From assembly GCF_032062105.1 (NCBI RefSeq), contig NW_026930434.1:62001-126000 (forward strand): a stretch of DNA of 64,000 bases. The letters run 5' to 3'. Numbering within the stretch: position 1 is the first letter of the stretch; every line of letters starts with the position of its first letter. The notes beneath the pieces were generated by a model, which worked only from the letters and a program-made list of their open reading frames with translations, had not been told where the DNA came from and made no database searches. The stretch is from Saccostrea cucullata (lineage: Eukaryota). This document shows, piece by piece, positions 22,501 to 36,500 of the stretch. The translations under genes and the position numbers were made by a program.

Positions 22501-25500
22501 ATTATTTTGATGATCTCTGCTTTAGATAAAAAAATAATTATACGGTATAAATTGTGAACGTTTCATTAACAATGATGCCATAAACAATGAATTTAATCAA
22601 GAATTCATTTTACCTACTATCGGCCATAGATCTATATCACGATCAACCCAGCATGTTTTTTTTTCAATATCAGACGTGCAGATTTACATGCAAACATATG
22701 TACTTGTCTTTATTTCACAACTGCACATTTTGTTTTAGCAAAATTGTACATAAAAAGTATTTTCAAATTTAGAAATATGTTTTTATATACATGTACATGT
22801 AATGATAATAGAAACGCTAAATGGTATTTCTAAGAACGGTAACTCTTCTTCCTGTTTCCTAAAAAATGGGAAATTCAATTCATCGCCAAATTCGTTATAC
22901 CGCCATGTTTTCTAAATTACCAAAGGTGGCAGTTTATCGAGAATTAACTGTATTGCTAATTCATGGATATAGAGAAGTTATCTTGGATCCCCAGCTAAAT
23001 AAATTTAACAGATTTCTTATACGAATTTAATGAAATACGGATACATGTATAGCGAAGTAATTTCATAGGTCCCAATGACTTTGTTATGACCAAGTTTTAC
23101 TGTATTGGCCTTTATTAACTTTATAGAGGGAGACGGGGGACAACACAATTCTTGTCAGAGCACTAGACAGATTCCATCGTCGATTACAGGCCATGAACAA
23201 GCTTCTACCTGACACTGATTTCTCCAGGTATTTGTTGAAGATATGAGAAACATTAAAATTGAGCAACTTTTTAATAATAACTGATTTTCCTTTACAATCT
23301 TTCAATTGTTATTGAAAAATACGCATATGAATGTAATCTTCCTTTAAAATAAACATAATCCGAAAATGACCTGCAGACGAACTTCAAATGTGCAAGTGTA
23401 ATGCATATACAAATATCTTTCTCTGTTCACACTTTTAAGATTAATAACTTTTCAGTTGGGGAGACATACAATTTTTCATTTAAAACAAAAGAATAAGTCT
23501 CTTTTTAAATTTATACACAGGTAATAAATTTTCTGTTTGAAATAATTTGCAGAGCTGGTACAGACATTGTCTCTAAAGCTGCCAGGGACCGTGTGGGGCA
23601 TTATCTACAGGCTCTTAAACAACATTTTTCTGGTAATAAGGAGAACTGATTTTGAATAAAATAAAGTTAGATTTTGTTTTTAAATACTGTATACAGGGTT
23701 ATTTTCACCCAGTGTTATTTTCGCCATTTTACACTTGCTTACAAATTTGCCCCGTTTTAAATTTGCCCAGTCCCAGTTCTGTTTAAGAATTTATACTGTG
23801 TTCTTTGAAATCACCCCGTTTTAAATTCGCCCACTTGTGACAAGGGCGAAAGGGGCGAAAATAAAACAGGGGCAAAAATTTCCCTGTATACGGCTTTTAA
23901 GAAACTCTGAAATTATTTCCAAAGACATTTTGAAAAATCATTATCTGATAATGTGCTTACTATCTATTGTAGATTGTATGACAGATGTCAGACAGAGTTT
24001 AGCTGCCCCAAAGACTGCTGGGAAGGAGGGCGGGGCTAACCTGAACGACCTCCTTGGTAATATGCAGTCCTCCATCTTAGAACAAATCAAGTCAGTCCTG
24101 GGAAATTTGCAGGTAGGGGCATATGTCAAAATGTGGAATGCAAGAAAATTATAGTATTCAGTAACCTTTTATGTTTATCTGCACATAAAGTCTGTTACAT
24201 TCAAAAGAGTTTTTACCAGTTTACTGGTGTATAAAAATTACATGTATATTTCAATTTACAGAATTTTTTTAAGGTAAATATCGTGATTGTTTTGAATTGC
24301 TGTGTTTTAGAATTTAAAAAGTTATAAGAGTGTTGCATATTTTTTGTACCTTGAATGACCTACATACATGGAGTGATGTACATATTAACTGTCCACCTGA
24401 CTTAGAAAATACAGTTTAACCACTGTTTTTGTATGGATGTTCTTTTAGACTCTTTTTCTGAATTGTTTCTGATATACATGTAACTTGTACATTTCAGGCA
24501 TTCACTGCTTCAGACATCACCTTTGCCACTAAGCCGTATTTCCGGGGACCATTCTGTACTCACGATGTCAGGGAGGGGCTGGTAGTGGCCTTCTTAACTC
24601 ACATCAACACAGTCTGTGAGGTCAGCTGAGAAATAAAATCATTTGAAAAATGAAAAATGCTTACAATGCAAATGTCAATACATGTATAACTTTAAGAGTG
24701 ACTTGTGAAAATGTATATGAGCATGTTTAGCCTGCTCTTCAATAAAGAAATACAAAGTATCATTCATGGGTTTCCAATGGTGCCTGTAATCAGCCATTTG
24801 CTAAAGCTGATGTACATGTACATTTCTAGTTGTAGAGTTTAGAACAAGAATCAACTGACTATTGTTTTGTAAATGCAAGCAAGCATTGTACTCTTCTAAA
24901 TTTTTTTGAGGGGCCTTGCAAAGATTTGATTCTCTCCCCTATGATGAAGTCAATTGTTTTTACATTTAGAGGAAAAAAAGCTGTTTCTGTTTGTAACCAG
25001 GATGTTTCTATTTTCAGGAGTTCTGTGAGGGCGGAGGAGACAAGAGTTCTATTCCCCCTACCCTGCTACTGATCCTGTCCCGCCTGTGTCTAGATTTTGA
25101 GGGCTCCACTATATCCTACCTGGTAAGACTCTTACTGAAGGCTTCATCTCCAGATTGTACCTGGCAAGATGTCACTCTTACTTTACAAAAAAAGGCATGT
25201 TCATCATGTAAAGATTCACTTTGTGTTACAGGTAGTTGTGCTACTTCATTTTGTACAAGATTCTAGCATATCTTACCTTTTATGGGTCCACTACATTATA
25301 TTGTTGTACAGTTTATCTTTTCTGTATTAAATCTATACTGTTAAAAAAGTAAGAGCCTTGCTACATTTTACTTGCCAACACTACAATAAATGTTTGATAT
25401 TTCCCCCTAGATAACTCTAACAGAGGAACAATTTATGGTGGAGGAGAGAACAAAAGTGACCCCCATCAGTGACCTGACAGCCCATTCCAAGGAGACTGCC

Positions 25501-28500
25501 CAGAAACTTCTCAATCACTATGTCAAAGTACAGGGTCTCTCTATCTCACAGGTATGGTATAGGAGTACAATTTTTCTTGTAATCATATCGCCACATTTAC
25601 CTGAAGTCAAAACAAGGATTTCTGTAAAACTTTTCTGAATCAGAAATATTTGTTTTAGATGCTGCGTAAAAGTGTTGAGACTAGAGACTGGCTGAACACC
25701 ATTGAGCCGCGGAATGTAAGAGCGGTGATGAAGCGGGTGATTGAGGACATCAGTGCAATAGACACACAGGTGGGACAGCTCTACGAGGAGGGGACGCGGA
25801 AGGAGAGAAGTAGTGATTCCAGCCGCCGCACTCACCCTCAGAGTTACACAATGTCAGCGGCGCAGAGGAAGGGGCAGTGGAACATCGCTCCCAGGTAAAA
25901 CTGACCTGTGGTTAGGAGATGTTGTTAATATTGAATCATCTCTCTCTCTCTGAAAAAAATCTTAGTAGGCCCATATTCATGCAGTGGTGGCTATTCTCCT
26001 GTTTTATGTAGGGAAAATGGTTTTGCACTTGTCCAATATTTGTAAAATCATAAAAACAATAATTTTTTGGCCTTCTTGTTTATGTTATGGTATTGTAAAT
26101 GCTGAGCATTCAATAGAGTTTTAAAGAAATATGCATATTGAATGTAGATATGAAGAACTGTTAATGTATAGTATGTGGTTGATTTAAAGTAATGTATCGG
26201 TATTTAGTAACAAAATTTTAAATATGAAGCCCTGCCTTAAGATTTATTGGCTTTATAATTTGAACCTGTTCAATATCAAGTTTAATGTATTTTCAGCATC
26301 ACTGACAACAGTTTGATGAGCAACATTCAGAAATTGTTTTCTGAGAAGATAGAAATATTTAGTGCTGTGGATTTCTCCAAAGTCTCTGTTTTAACGGGAA
26401 TCATCAAAATTAGTTTAAAGGTACAGTATACAGATAAAGGAATTACCGGTAATAAGACTTGTACATTGAAATCATGCTAAATTATTACGACATTTCAACA
26501 TTTTAAATAATCTACGCTGTATATTTTTACCATGGAACAGATTTTAAAATTACATGTACAGTCAAACTTGTCTTAGCGGCCACCCGAAATCAACGGCCAC
26601 TCGCGGTCAGCGGCCACTTTCAGTTCCCCCTGACGACTTTTACTATATATTTTAACTGGAATAAACGGCCACCTGTGTAACGCGGCCAGCGGCCACTCAA
26701 ATCATCACCCACAGCCTTATTGACACTGTAATAAGCGGCCATTTTGTCACTTTTTGCGATTCTACCACGTTTATAAAACACATATTCGCCTGGGCAATTA
26801 AATGCTTGGTAGTCAATTTATTCTATTAAAGCAATTAAACAAATTACATTTAGATACGCTAAACTATGTTTGTGTTTATGAAAATAATATATTTCTCCTG
26901 TTAAACCTTTTTTCAAGATCGCTGATTGAAAAATTTAAAGAAGTTAATAACAATTTCAGTTTTCCCATACCTAAATAAATTCAATCTTCAAGCTAGATTG
27001 TATACTTTTCGATATTAATTAACATTGTCTTGAATGTTAACTGTGAGAGTCTGTGACCTAATATAAGGCTATCGATATTTTCACACCTTTTAGATTTTGA
27101 TTACATGTAGAAGCCCTAATTGCTACTCTTGTAAAAACAAAGTGCTACGTATGGCATGATTATCTCATGAATTTCACTTCCAAGAGACGATCGATAGGGA
27201 TTAGTTACGCTCTACTGCACAGGACACTTGTGTTGTAGAATGATTTTCAACTGCGTAAATACACCTCTCTGGTTATCTGGTTAATCTTATTTGTTTGTCT
27301 GTGTATGTTACATTTACATGGAAATTCTGACAGATTTATTAGAAATAAAATTTACCAGACTTCAGAAACTTCAGCAAGTAAGTTAACTGCCGATTAATTG
27401 AAAGGGAGGGGGGTACACTGCTGATCAAAACTTGAACATATAAAAGTGAAATTTTTAGATGCAATTTAATGACATGCATGTTCTTACTAAAATAAATTTC
27501 TAGGCTTTATTTTTTTACCATTAAACTGTCTTTTAATTAGTATGTTTGTGTAATTTTTTTTTAATTAAAAAAGTTCATACTAAGGCACATATATCTCTAA
27601 TGTCTATAATGTAACAAAAGCACACTGGTGAATGTATGAAGATTAAATGATATGTTGGAACAGAAACATGCACAAATCTTAAAAAATTGGAATTATTTTT
27701 TTTTAATGAGCATGAATTAATATATATATTCACATAATTTTTTTGTGAAGTTGACCTGTTCAAACATCTGATTAATTAATTAAACTATAGTGCTTAATGT
27801 CGTATATTTATTGACCGACTGACTGTTACGAGGGCAAACTGGAATAAGAGGCCACCTGTCTTAAGTGGCCACTTTTCAGTCTTCCCAAAGGTGGCCTCTT
27901 AAAACAGGTTTGACTGTATCTTAGTTTTCAGAAATTGTTCATTTCATGTAAATTTTCTCCAAAGGAAAAAAAGAAATTTTGCAAAATTTATGTTTCCACC
28001 TATTTTATTATTAACATTGATTATTGACAATTTATTCAACCTGTAAAAGATTTTCCTTTTTTGTAGACATTCTTGGAATGTGTGAGGCTGAGAACATTTG
28101 GTCGCTATGGGTTACAACAGATACAAGTTGACACACATTATCTACAACTTTATCTCTGGAGATTTGTGTCAGATGAAAAGTAAGACTTTACCTATATCAA
28201 TTTATAAGAGAAAAGTCAATTTAACATAAGGTATATGAATAGAAAAAGTGGGCTTCATATTTTAGCTGCTTTGGCACAGAGGACAATGTGCTAATTCATG
28301 AATACTGTTTATAAATCATTTATGAATAGAATACAAGGTGCAGATGTAAGAATTGCAAATTCATGATTATGCCAACCACTCAAATTCTAGTAATTGCGCT
28401 AAAATTTTAAGTTATGTACACATACAGTATTGGCTTAGAATAATGAAATACAAATGTACTCCATTTGCTAAGATATTGTTCATTTTCATTATAGTTTGGT

Positions 28501-29082
28501 CCAAGTCTTGCTGGAGGAGATAGTATGTAGTACAGTACACAGATGCCTGGACCCCTCCATGATGGAGCCCAGTGTAAGTGTTACATCACACTGACATTCG
28601 GAAGTCAATTAAATAATCCTTTGATACACGATTCTTTTAAAAATATCAATAAAACCTCCTTATCCCAAACTTGATTGGACCATGATTAAAATTTTGAGTT
28701 TTTAGGATTCAGGATATCAAGAGTAAAATCACAAGGAAAAAGAACAGTGAAAAATATCTAACATCTGAGCGATCTGTCACACTGTAAAATCCGACGTAAA
28801 ATTTATTTCCCATTTTCTTAATGTTTATGGTTTTTTTTACACTTTGCAATCCTATACCCTGTCTTTTCTGACTATTTGTCTCCGAGTGCATGTCAGATAA
28901 GACAGGTTTCACTGTAGTTGCAATTACCAACTTACTTCCAATTACCATATCTTTGGTGTTTGAGATAATGAGGTTCAACTGTAGACCATTCATGACATTA
29001 TTAAGATGTATATACATTGTATGTATATGCCATCATTTCTTTGTAATTACAGGTTATTGAGCTTATCTGTGAGAGAGGATGA
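16561..29082 (+). CDS. VPS51: Vacuolar protein sorting 51 (GARP/EARP subunit), ~786 aa; exons 16561-16582, 18522-18811, 19186-19341, 19677-19750, 20171-20303, 20689-20777, 20872-20992, 21630-21733, 21878-21977, 23127-23227, 23553-23632, 23973-24112, 24498-24620, 25018-25122, 25411-25551, 25659-25894, 26297-26420, 28067-28179, 28495-28573, 29053-29082
   Basis: [81 protein letters not shown]-terminal VIELICERG*; all intron phases consistent. The 22-nt first exon (weak donor GTTGTC) is the least certain; it is supported by phase fit, a YY1-like CAAGATGGCCG start context and an upstream ETS-like ACCGGAAG (~16372). Confidence 0.94.
17233..17743. mobile_element. MITE with CAGGGACCTATATACTA-type TIR and ~7-bp TSD, in VPS51 intron 1
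   Basis: CAGAGACCTATATACTA ... TAGTATATAGGTCCCTG; flanks CTCGAAC / CTCAAAC. Miniature relatives at 15458-15515 and 16793-16828. Confidence 0.75.
18161..18368. mobile_element. Short MITE (CTGTAAACCAAC ... GTTGGTTTACAA ends)
   Basis: Inverted ends TGTAAACCAACTTTTATTCGCGT / ACGCGAATAATTGTTGGTTTACA. Confidence 0.6.
20541..20648. repeat. Near-perfect ~108-bp palindrome in VPS51 intron 5
   Basis: ACACAAGCACTTGTTTTGGTAATAAATTTTAATCCATAGTATAATAATAACAT-T-ATGTTATTATTATACTATGGGTTACAAATTTATTACCGAAACAAGTGCCTGTGT. Confidence 0.9.
22059..23102. mobile_element. Tc1/mariner-pogo-type MITE (outer element; TA TSD)
   Basis: TA|CAGTAAAACTCG ... CAAGTTTTACTG|TA; interrupted by the element at 22090-22950. Confidence 0.72.
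22090..22950. mobile_element. Tc1/mariner-pogo-type MITE (inner element; TA TSD) with subterminal CGCCA repeats
   Basis: TA|CAGTCAATTCTCGAATTATCGCCA ... TGGCAGTTTATCGAGAATTAACTG|TA. Confidence 0.8.
23687..23892. mobile_element. Short MITE (CTGTATACAGGG ends)
   Basis: CTGTATACAGGGTTATTTTCACCC ... GGGGCAAAAATTTCCCTGTATACG; internal TTCGCCC/GGGCGAA motifs. Confidence 0.65.
26559..27916. mobile_element. pogo/Tigger-like non-autonomous DNA transposon (TA TSD), VPS51 intron 17
   Basis: TA|CAGTCAAACTTGTCTTAGCGGCCACC ... GGTGGCCTCTTAAAACAGGTTTGACTG|TA; subterminal GGCCAC repeats; no ORF. Confidence 0.82.
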
Positions 29083-29559
29083 TGAATGAGGAAGATAGGA
29101 CAGTACTATATTGAATGAAAAGATAAACTATTTATTTCCTACCATATATATAGGGGTATTTATTTGAAGTTATTATACATATTGTTTATGTACATGAATT
29201 ATATGCTGATATTTCATGAAATAAATATGTTTAAAACAATTTTTGGTTTTGTGTTAAAAGCACAAAATGTTTAGTAATATATGTTTAAGCTGGCACAAGT
29301 GGCATGAATTGGGATAAAATTTTATGCAATCATATACAATGAAATAATTTTCTTCATAATTGCAAGTCCCTTTTAGTCATTGAATTATCCCCATGATGTT
29401 TGGATATAGATTATAGAGATCTCTAAGTGCAAGTTAGGATTTTTTTCTTCAAAAGAACGGGGAGCTTTGAGGGGCAATGGACGTCTTGTTTAAAAATTAG
29501 CTCTCATGACCAAGTTTTAAATTTTTAAGCAGGCCTACTTCTCCAAGAATGTTAAGCAT

Positions 29560-30330
29560 TAAATGGACAAATGCCTATGGGGGATGCTGACCTCATTTAT
29601 CAATCATGCTTTTAGAGATGAATTTGATCCTCTCTGAGATGACTTTATACCCCAGGACTACATCTTGTCTTTTGGTGTTTACAAGTCAAATACCAGGACT
29701 TCAAAGAAACTGTTTGAATTCTGATGGGCCTCAAATGGACTTTATTTCCCAAATCTGCTTTTATATTCTTATGAAACACTTTATATTTAAAATCATTCTT
29801 CATGAGGAGAAGAAAAAAAAAATTAGCCTTCAACTGGACATTCAGATGTATTGACAATATTTTATCATTTAGCAATTGTAACTTCCAGTGATATGTTTTC
29901 TTGAACTTAGAATAAAAGGCATCCCAGTGTCTGGCACATTTCTTATTTAGATGTTTTAATTACCAGATGATAGGAGCAAACTAACAACTAAATAGTATGA
30001 CAAACAAGAAGACCTCACCTTTTTTTTTACACAGTAAAATTCTGCTATCACCTGCATTTGGTGTTTACATCTTTCATCTTAATGGATATAGAAGAGAATG
30101 CTCTGACTTTAATAAATTTTTAAGTAGAAGCAGACTACTGACAGATAAGTTGATGTTATGGGATTTCAACAACCTTGTTTAAGTCAGCATTTGTAAATTC
30201 TACAGTCATTATAGTGACTTTGTTGACAAATATACCCTAGCACTGGGTCATGTTATGTCTTGTCTTACATGTTTCATGCCAATATTATAAGGCCTTTTCA
30301 TTCTATATTTTTGTTTTTGTTCCGTCTATC
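29560..30330 (+). mobile_element. Heavily decayed retroelement remnant (Penelope-like RT C-terminal region)
   Basis: Fragmentary peptides KLTTK*YDKQED and ILLSPAFGVYIFHLNGYRRECSDFNKFLSRSRLLTDKLML resemble the LYDKRDDF...NIPxSPAYGVYISQLIRYARAC region of such elements. Confidence 0.55.
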
Positions 30331-30584
30331 TGATCATGCTGATAAATTGCTTTATGTAGGACTCAAGACACGTGACCTATTTGATGAATTCCGTTTTACA
30401 ACCAGGCTTTATAATAAATATTTTACAAAAAACTTAATTCTATAAACTCCAGTATATACCATAGAATAATATGATAAAGCAAGAATTGACGATTACTCAA
30501 GGGCCGAACAAATAGGGAACCGCTGCGAATTCACTCCCTTTTCAACCCAGCAGGTGGCGTTGTTGATCATTAAAAACTTCCGCA

Positions 30585-33500
30585 ATGGCGATCTGTACAC
30601 CAGGCAGTCAGTCGGAGGAGAAAGAAACAAGCAGAAAGCCAAAAGGTGGGATTTAAGAAGAACCTGATAAAAGTTTAAACATGCACATACCTATGAAATA
30701 TCCATAAGTATGTTCTAACTCTCTCGAGCCATTTAAAAGCAGAATAAAGTGGTAGCTATGGCTGAATGTAAACAATGTCAAAACAGTTGATCGTTGAATG
30801 TCAAGAAAATTTAATGAACTTATTTTTTTTTAATTAAACGCAAATATTAAGATATAGCTGTGTCTTTTAGTACCTGACATTAAATGCACGGTGTCGTGTG
30901 TGTGGTGAATGGTGATGCATTTGTAATTCTGTATACACGTCACGTGTATTAACTTTTGAAAGAATGAATAAGCTCGAGCTGTGTCAGGAAAAAATCTATC
31001 ACATGTTATCTGGTCTGAAAGATCATATTAATTAAACGAAACAGTCTATCTAATAGTTGTATTTCCTGGATATACATTTTAAACGGTATTCGTACCATGT
31101 GTAGTCTACTCTATGTCAGCCTTAAACCCTTTTGGAAGTATTTCGAAAGATCAGTATTCTTTTAGCGTATGTTAGACATCCCAGCCCAAACAGCCAATGA
31201 CACCTCGGCCCAATGACATTAAGATCTAATGACACCTCCGCTCAGACATGTCAGCCCAAGAGTTAAGAAAGGTTGATCTATTTGTGAGACACCTTTGATC
31301 TAAACAAAATTTTTTATGCAATATTATTATATATTTCAATTTTTTTTAAAAAGTAAATGAATAAATGTTCAAATGAATGTCTTTTTTCTAATTGTAAAAA
31401 GACATTGACAATAAACAAGGAAATAAGAAAATTTGTTCAAGTGCTAATTGATGAACAAACAAGTAAGTGAGAACATTTACATCCACTGAATCATTCTCAT
31501 TTATCTTTTTAAGACAACCAAATATTTTATCATTAGAAAAAATAATTACATTAATAATAATATTGATTCAGACACTAGATTAATCTTTTCTGTCATAAAA
31601 TTTTGCTTGATTGGCATGTCTTCTGTACGAACCAACCTGTCAGGAATCTTGGGCTGACCTGTCAGGATCAAGATGTCAAATGTGTTGATCGAGATGTCTT
31701 TTTTAAGCAGCATTGAGTGTCAAATTCCTATTTATAATAAAACTTTTCTATTTTTTCTGTATGTAGACATTTTATTTTTATTTAATTGTTTTGTTTATAG
31801 ACACAAAATTTAAACAACAGAAGTTACCAGCATGGCAGCCAATCTTGACAGCTGGTACAGTCCTGCCTGCTTTCTTTGCCATTGGGATTGCATTCATTCC
31901 CTTAGGAATAGCCCTCCTGGTTACTTCAAATGGAGTAAGTACAATTTTGTCTTAACAAAAGGGAGTTCTCTCTGGTATTACATTTTTAGGTAAATTATTT
32001 TCAAATACAAGTAGGTGTCAAGTTGATTTGTAATATGATTTACTTGTGTCCCTGTCAACTTGAATAAAAATAATGTCTAATTGTAACCAAAAGTCTGGTC
32101 ACAATAAGGACTCTAGTTTAAAGTTGACCTTTTTTTTGTAAAAGGTAACTTCAACTCTTTCTGAAATAATATTCATGTACTGTAAAATTTATAATCAGAT
32201 ATGTATACCATTGTTGGAAACCCATGGCCGATTACACTTCGTTTCTCTTTCGATTACTCAAAGCTATTGGCCATGAGTTTCGAACGATGTATGTATATCA
32301 CCTCACCTATCCTCTTCATGCCCGCTGGCATATAAGGCCCCTGTATGCATAAGATGTATGTATATATATATCCAGAAATGTTTCTATGCATAAACAGATT
32401 AAGATGTGAAATAATGTGCAGGACACCATAATCCACCATCATTCTTTAACTTCAAACTTAAGTTTGATGAACAAGTACCTGGTACATGAAACTTGTTAGA
32501 CTGCACATCTATTGTCACTTATGTGAAGGAAAATAAAAGTTGAGTTGCAATACTGAGGGGAAAAAAACAACTCAAAAAGACTTTATTTATTTTAACTTTT
32601 AGATAAAAATTTGCTCCATCAACACATGTGCCACTATCTGTTCTTTGTTATGACAATGAAAATAAATCATCTGTCTTAATAAATTAATACCCAGTATTTT
32701 GATATTATAGGTTATGGAAAAGGTGATGGACTACACCTTCTGTTATGACAAATCTGACAATACTACAACCTGTGCATCCAGACTGGAATCTCTGGGAACC
32801 AATGTGTCAGGATATGTGTGTTACTGTGATGTCACATTCACACTGGAGGAAGATTTCCCAGTAGGTTTTTTACTTTGTTGAAAATCAAAGTATTCTTTAA
32901 TGTTTTGTTTTGTTTCTATTATTAAGTAGAAAATATTTTTTGAAAAAAATATGTATTTGGGATGTTCAATTTACAGCATTAAAATGCCAAAGTGTCAAGA
33001 TAATTACCTGTATATAATAAAATTTTTCTTCAATGGTTCAACATGTTCAAGTCTTCAAAGAGTACATGTATTAGGGCACACTGTAACACTGTACTTTGCT
33101 TTGCAGAAAGATGTATACATGTACTATGGTTTGTCCAACTATTACCAAAACCACAGACGTTATGTGAGATCTCGTGATGACAACCAAATACACGGGGACG
33201 CGGTAACAGCCAGTTCTCTGAACTCGGACTGTGAACCTTATAGAACTAAGTCTATCAGCTCCAGTGAAACAAAACCCATAGCACCCTGTGGGGCTATTGC
33301 TAACAGTCTATTTAATGGTATGAAATAATATAAAATGATAAAGAGCAGTTGTTTTCTGCTTCCAAACTTTAATCCTCTTTTTTTTCCAACCTCCAGAAAA
33401 AAAATTATATTAGAGTATATAATAGTTAATTCATGGCAGATTCTCATTTTTCACTGATTTAACTCTATAAAAGCAAAATAAACTTTTCCAAGTTTTCTTG

Positions 33501-36500
33501 TAGTGTTTGTCTTAAAACTGTATGTAATTGTTGAAAGAGAATAAATACTTTATTATCCGGTAAATATTTAAAACGATAAGATTTGTTTATGTCTTTATTG
33601 ATGGTCTGTATATTTAAGAATTTACGTTTTTATTTTCCAGACTCCATCAGCATAGAGTTCAATGGTAATGAGAATATCAGTCTTATAGCAACAGGAATTG
33701 CTTGGTTCTCAGATAAACAGGACAAATTTAACAACCCTGCAAGTAAGTGATAAAAATCTGCATAAAACTCGTATAGTACCCCAAATTTTAGTGTGTCGCT
33801 GTTATCCTTGTGTTCCTGTCCATAATTCATGGTTCACTGTCAGAACACGCGCTTATCATGGTTCAATGTCAGAAATCACATATATCATGTTCACTGTAAG
33901 AACTCGCATACTGTTTAGCTCACCTTGCTGAGACGAGCTCATGCTATACCCCTTATATCAGTGTTAGCATTGGCATCCTGTCTCAGTTTTAGGAGCATGT
34001 ATTAATTGGGATGCAAACTACCAGACATGCTTCAGATGCGGGATCTGACCTATATTTGTTGGATGAGTGAGCAGGCTTAAATTTTATGAGCAATTCTTAA
34101 GTAAATGTAAGTCCAGACTTGCATGGATGATTCAACAAGGAATATACTATACATACATGTATTTGCTTCAGATACTGAACCTAACCTACATTTTTTAGGG
34201 AAGTGAAACAAGTTAAAAATCTTAAGAGCTGGTTCTTTCCCAAGTTATTCTTAGCCCTGTGATGACTGAACTTGCATTGATTGCATGTTATTACTACCAG
34301 ATATGTTTCAGAAGCTTGATATGACCTACATTTACAGTGAAGCAATCTTGTATAAATGTTGAATTTTGGGACGTTAATGTTTGGTCTTAAACTTCAGTAT
34401 TCATATACACACAGCAGTAGGCAAATGTAGATTATATCATTATAGAGTTTTGATTTTATAGTAAAATGTCCATAAACACTGTCAGTTTAATCATGTATTT
34501 GTATAAACATATGGTTAGGTTCATGTGAATTCAAGACTTATTGTATGTACAGTATTTATTTTGTGTTTTTAAAGTTTAAATAAATTTTATCTGTAGGCTG
34601 GGAAGGGTTTACTAATCCACCAAACTGGAATGATAAGAATGTTTACAACTTGAGCTCTGAACCAAACAACAATGGCTACATCAATGAGGATCTCATTGTG
34701 TGGATGAGGACAGCTGCTCTTCCTAACTTCCGCAAACTCTACCGAAAAATCAACCACGATGGCACATTTAAAACTGGTCTACCGAAAGGAAACTACAAAC
34801 TTCAAATAGCATATGGTACAATGATCAACACTAATTTTTATTTTATATATGTTTATTTGGTTGAATTAGTCAAAATTGCTACAGGATTAATGAGAAATGA
34901 ATGGATCTGCTGTGTAATTTTTATTACCGGTATATTAATGCAATTTTGCTACATTTTCTCCACCATGGTGTATATTGTATTGCTCTCCATCTTTTTGAAA
35001 TATTCATCACTTAAATCTGTACAGTACACTGGTAGAAACGAAATGTTGGACCTCTCTTTTCAGCTTATCCCGTGTCCTCCTTTGATGGGAAGAAATCCAT
35101 CATTTTAACCAACACCTCATGGCTTGGAGGGAAGAACCCCTTTCTTGGAATAGCCTACATTGTGACCGGATGTTTGTGTGTGCTCCTGGGTGTCATTTTC
35201 CTCATTATTCACATTAAGTATGGTAAAAAGTAAGTATAACATCCAGGAAAAAAGTAACTTCTTATGGGTCTGTATTCCTACCTTTACATGTATAATACTC
35301 AGTTTCAGTAATATGTTATTGCATCTCAGAATTTCTGTTTTATGTTTTAAAATTACCGGTACCTTCATTTCTTTCATTTTTAACAATTATATAAACAGCA
35401 ACTTTTCATCATTGTAATGTATTTAATGTAGTATTTTTTGTTTCGAGTAAGTACTTGTATTGATATAAGTACATTAAAATGCACATAAACTTTCAATTGC
35501 CAACATGTCTTGTTATCATGAATTGAAACAGAGTGTAACTTTGCTCACAGTGTAGCCCTTCCTGTTGACAGTTTTGACACTGAGGCAAGTCCTTATAACT
35601 GCTAGTTATCTGTGTATAAAGGCAAGTCATTAGCTGCTAGTCTGACCCTTTTGTGGTGTTATGGCCTCCATATATAAAGCAATCCCTGAGAAGAAGTGGG
35701 AAAAAGAGCTGAAATTACATTTGTATAAAATGCATGCAAATGACACACACATTCTTATTCAGTCACACATACATGAACCATTACATATCATTGCCCTTTT
35801 AGTCAACTGGCCTTGTTCATTACTATAGATCTGTTTACTTTGCCACTCAGATGCACATGCTTTCAGCATTCCAGTTTTCACTTCGTAATTTTTTTTCCAA
35901 AGTATGAGAACTTACAGTATATGTCACACATTCAAAGAGTTTTTACTCTTGAGCTGTGCTGCTGACAATACAAATAAAATCATTTAGCTTAAAAATTTGG
36001 GTCAATGCACAAATGAGCTAAAAATATCTGTCATATCAAACAAGTGTTCATGTAATGTAAATCTCATCAACATGTTAAATTCAGTCTGAAGACTTTTGGA
36101 GAGGGTAGAGAAGGTTGGGCAAACGTTCAAACAACACTGGTATAAGTTATAATTATACCCCCCGCAAAAGAAGTTGGGGGGGGGTTATATAGGAATCACC
36201 TTGTCTGTCCGTTCGTCTGTCTAGCTGTGCAAATGTGTCCGGTCCATATCTTTCTTACAGAGGAACATTAGAATCTACTACTTCACACAAAGATTGCCCA
36301 TGACCTAAGGGTGTGTCATGACCTTGACCCAAGGTCATTTGAGGAAGTTCAAGGTCACTGGAAGAAAAAATTCATAATTCGTGTCTGGTCCATATCTTTC
36401 TTATGGATAAACTTGGTAGATTCTAATTTCACACAAAGATTGGCATGAACTAAGGATGTGTCATAACCTTGACCCAAGGTCATGTGGGGAAGTTCAAGGT

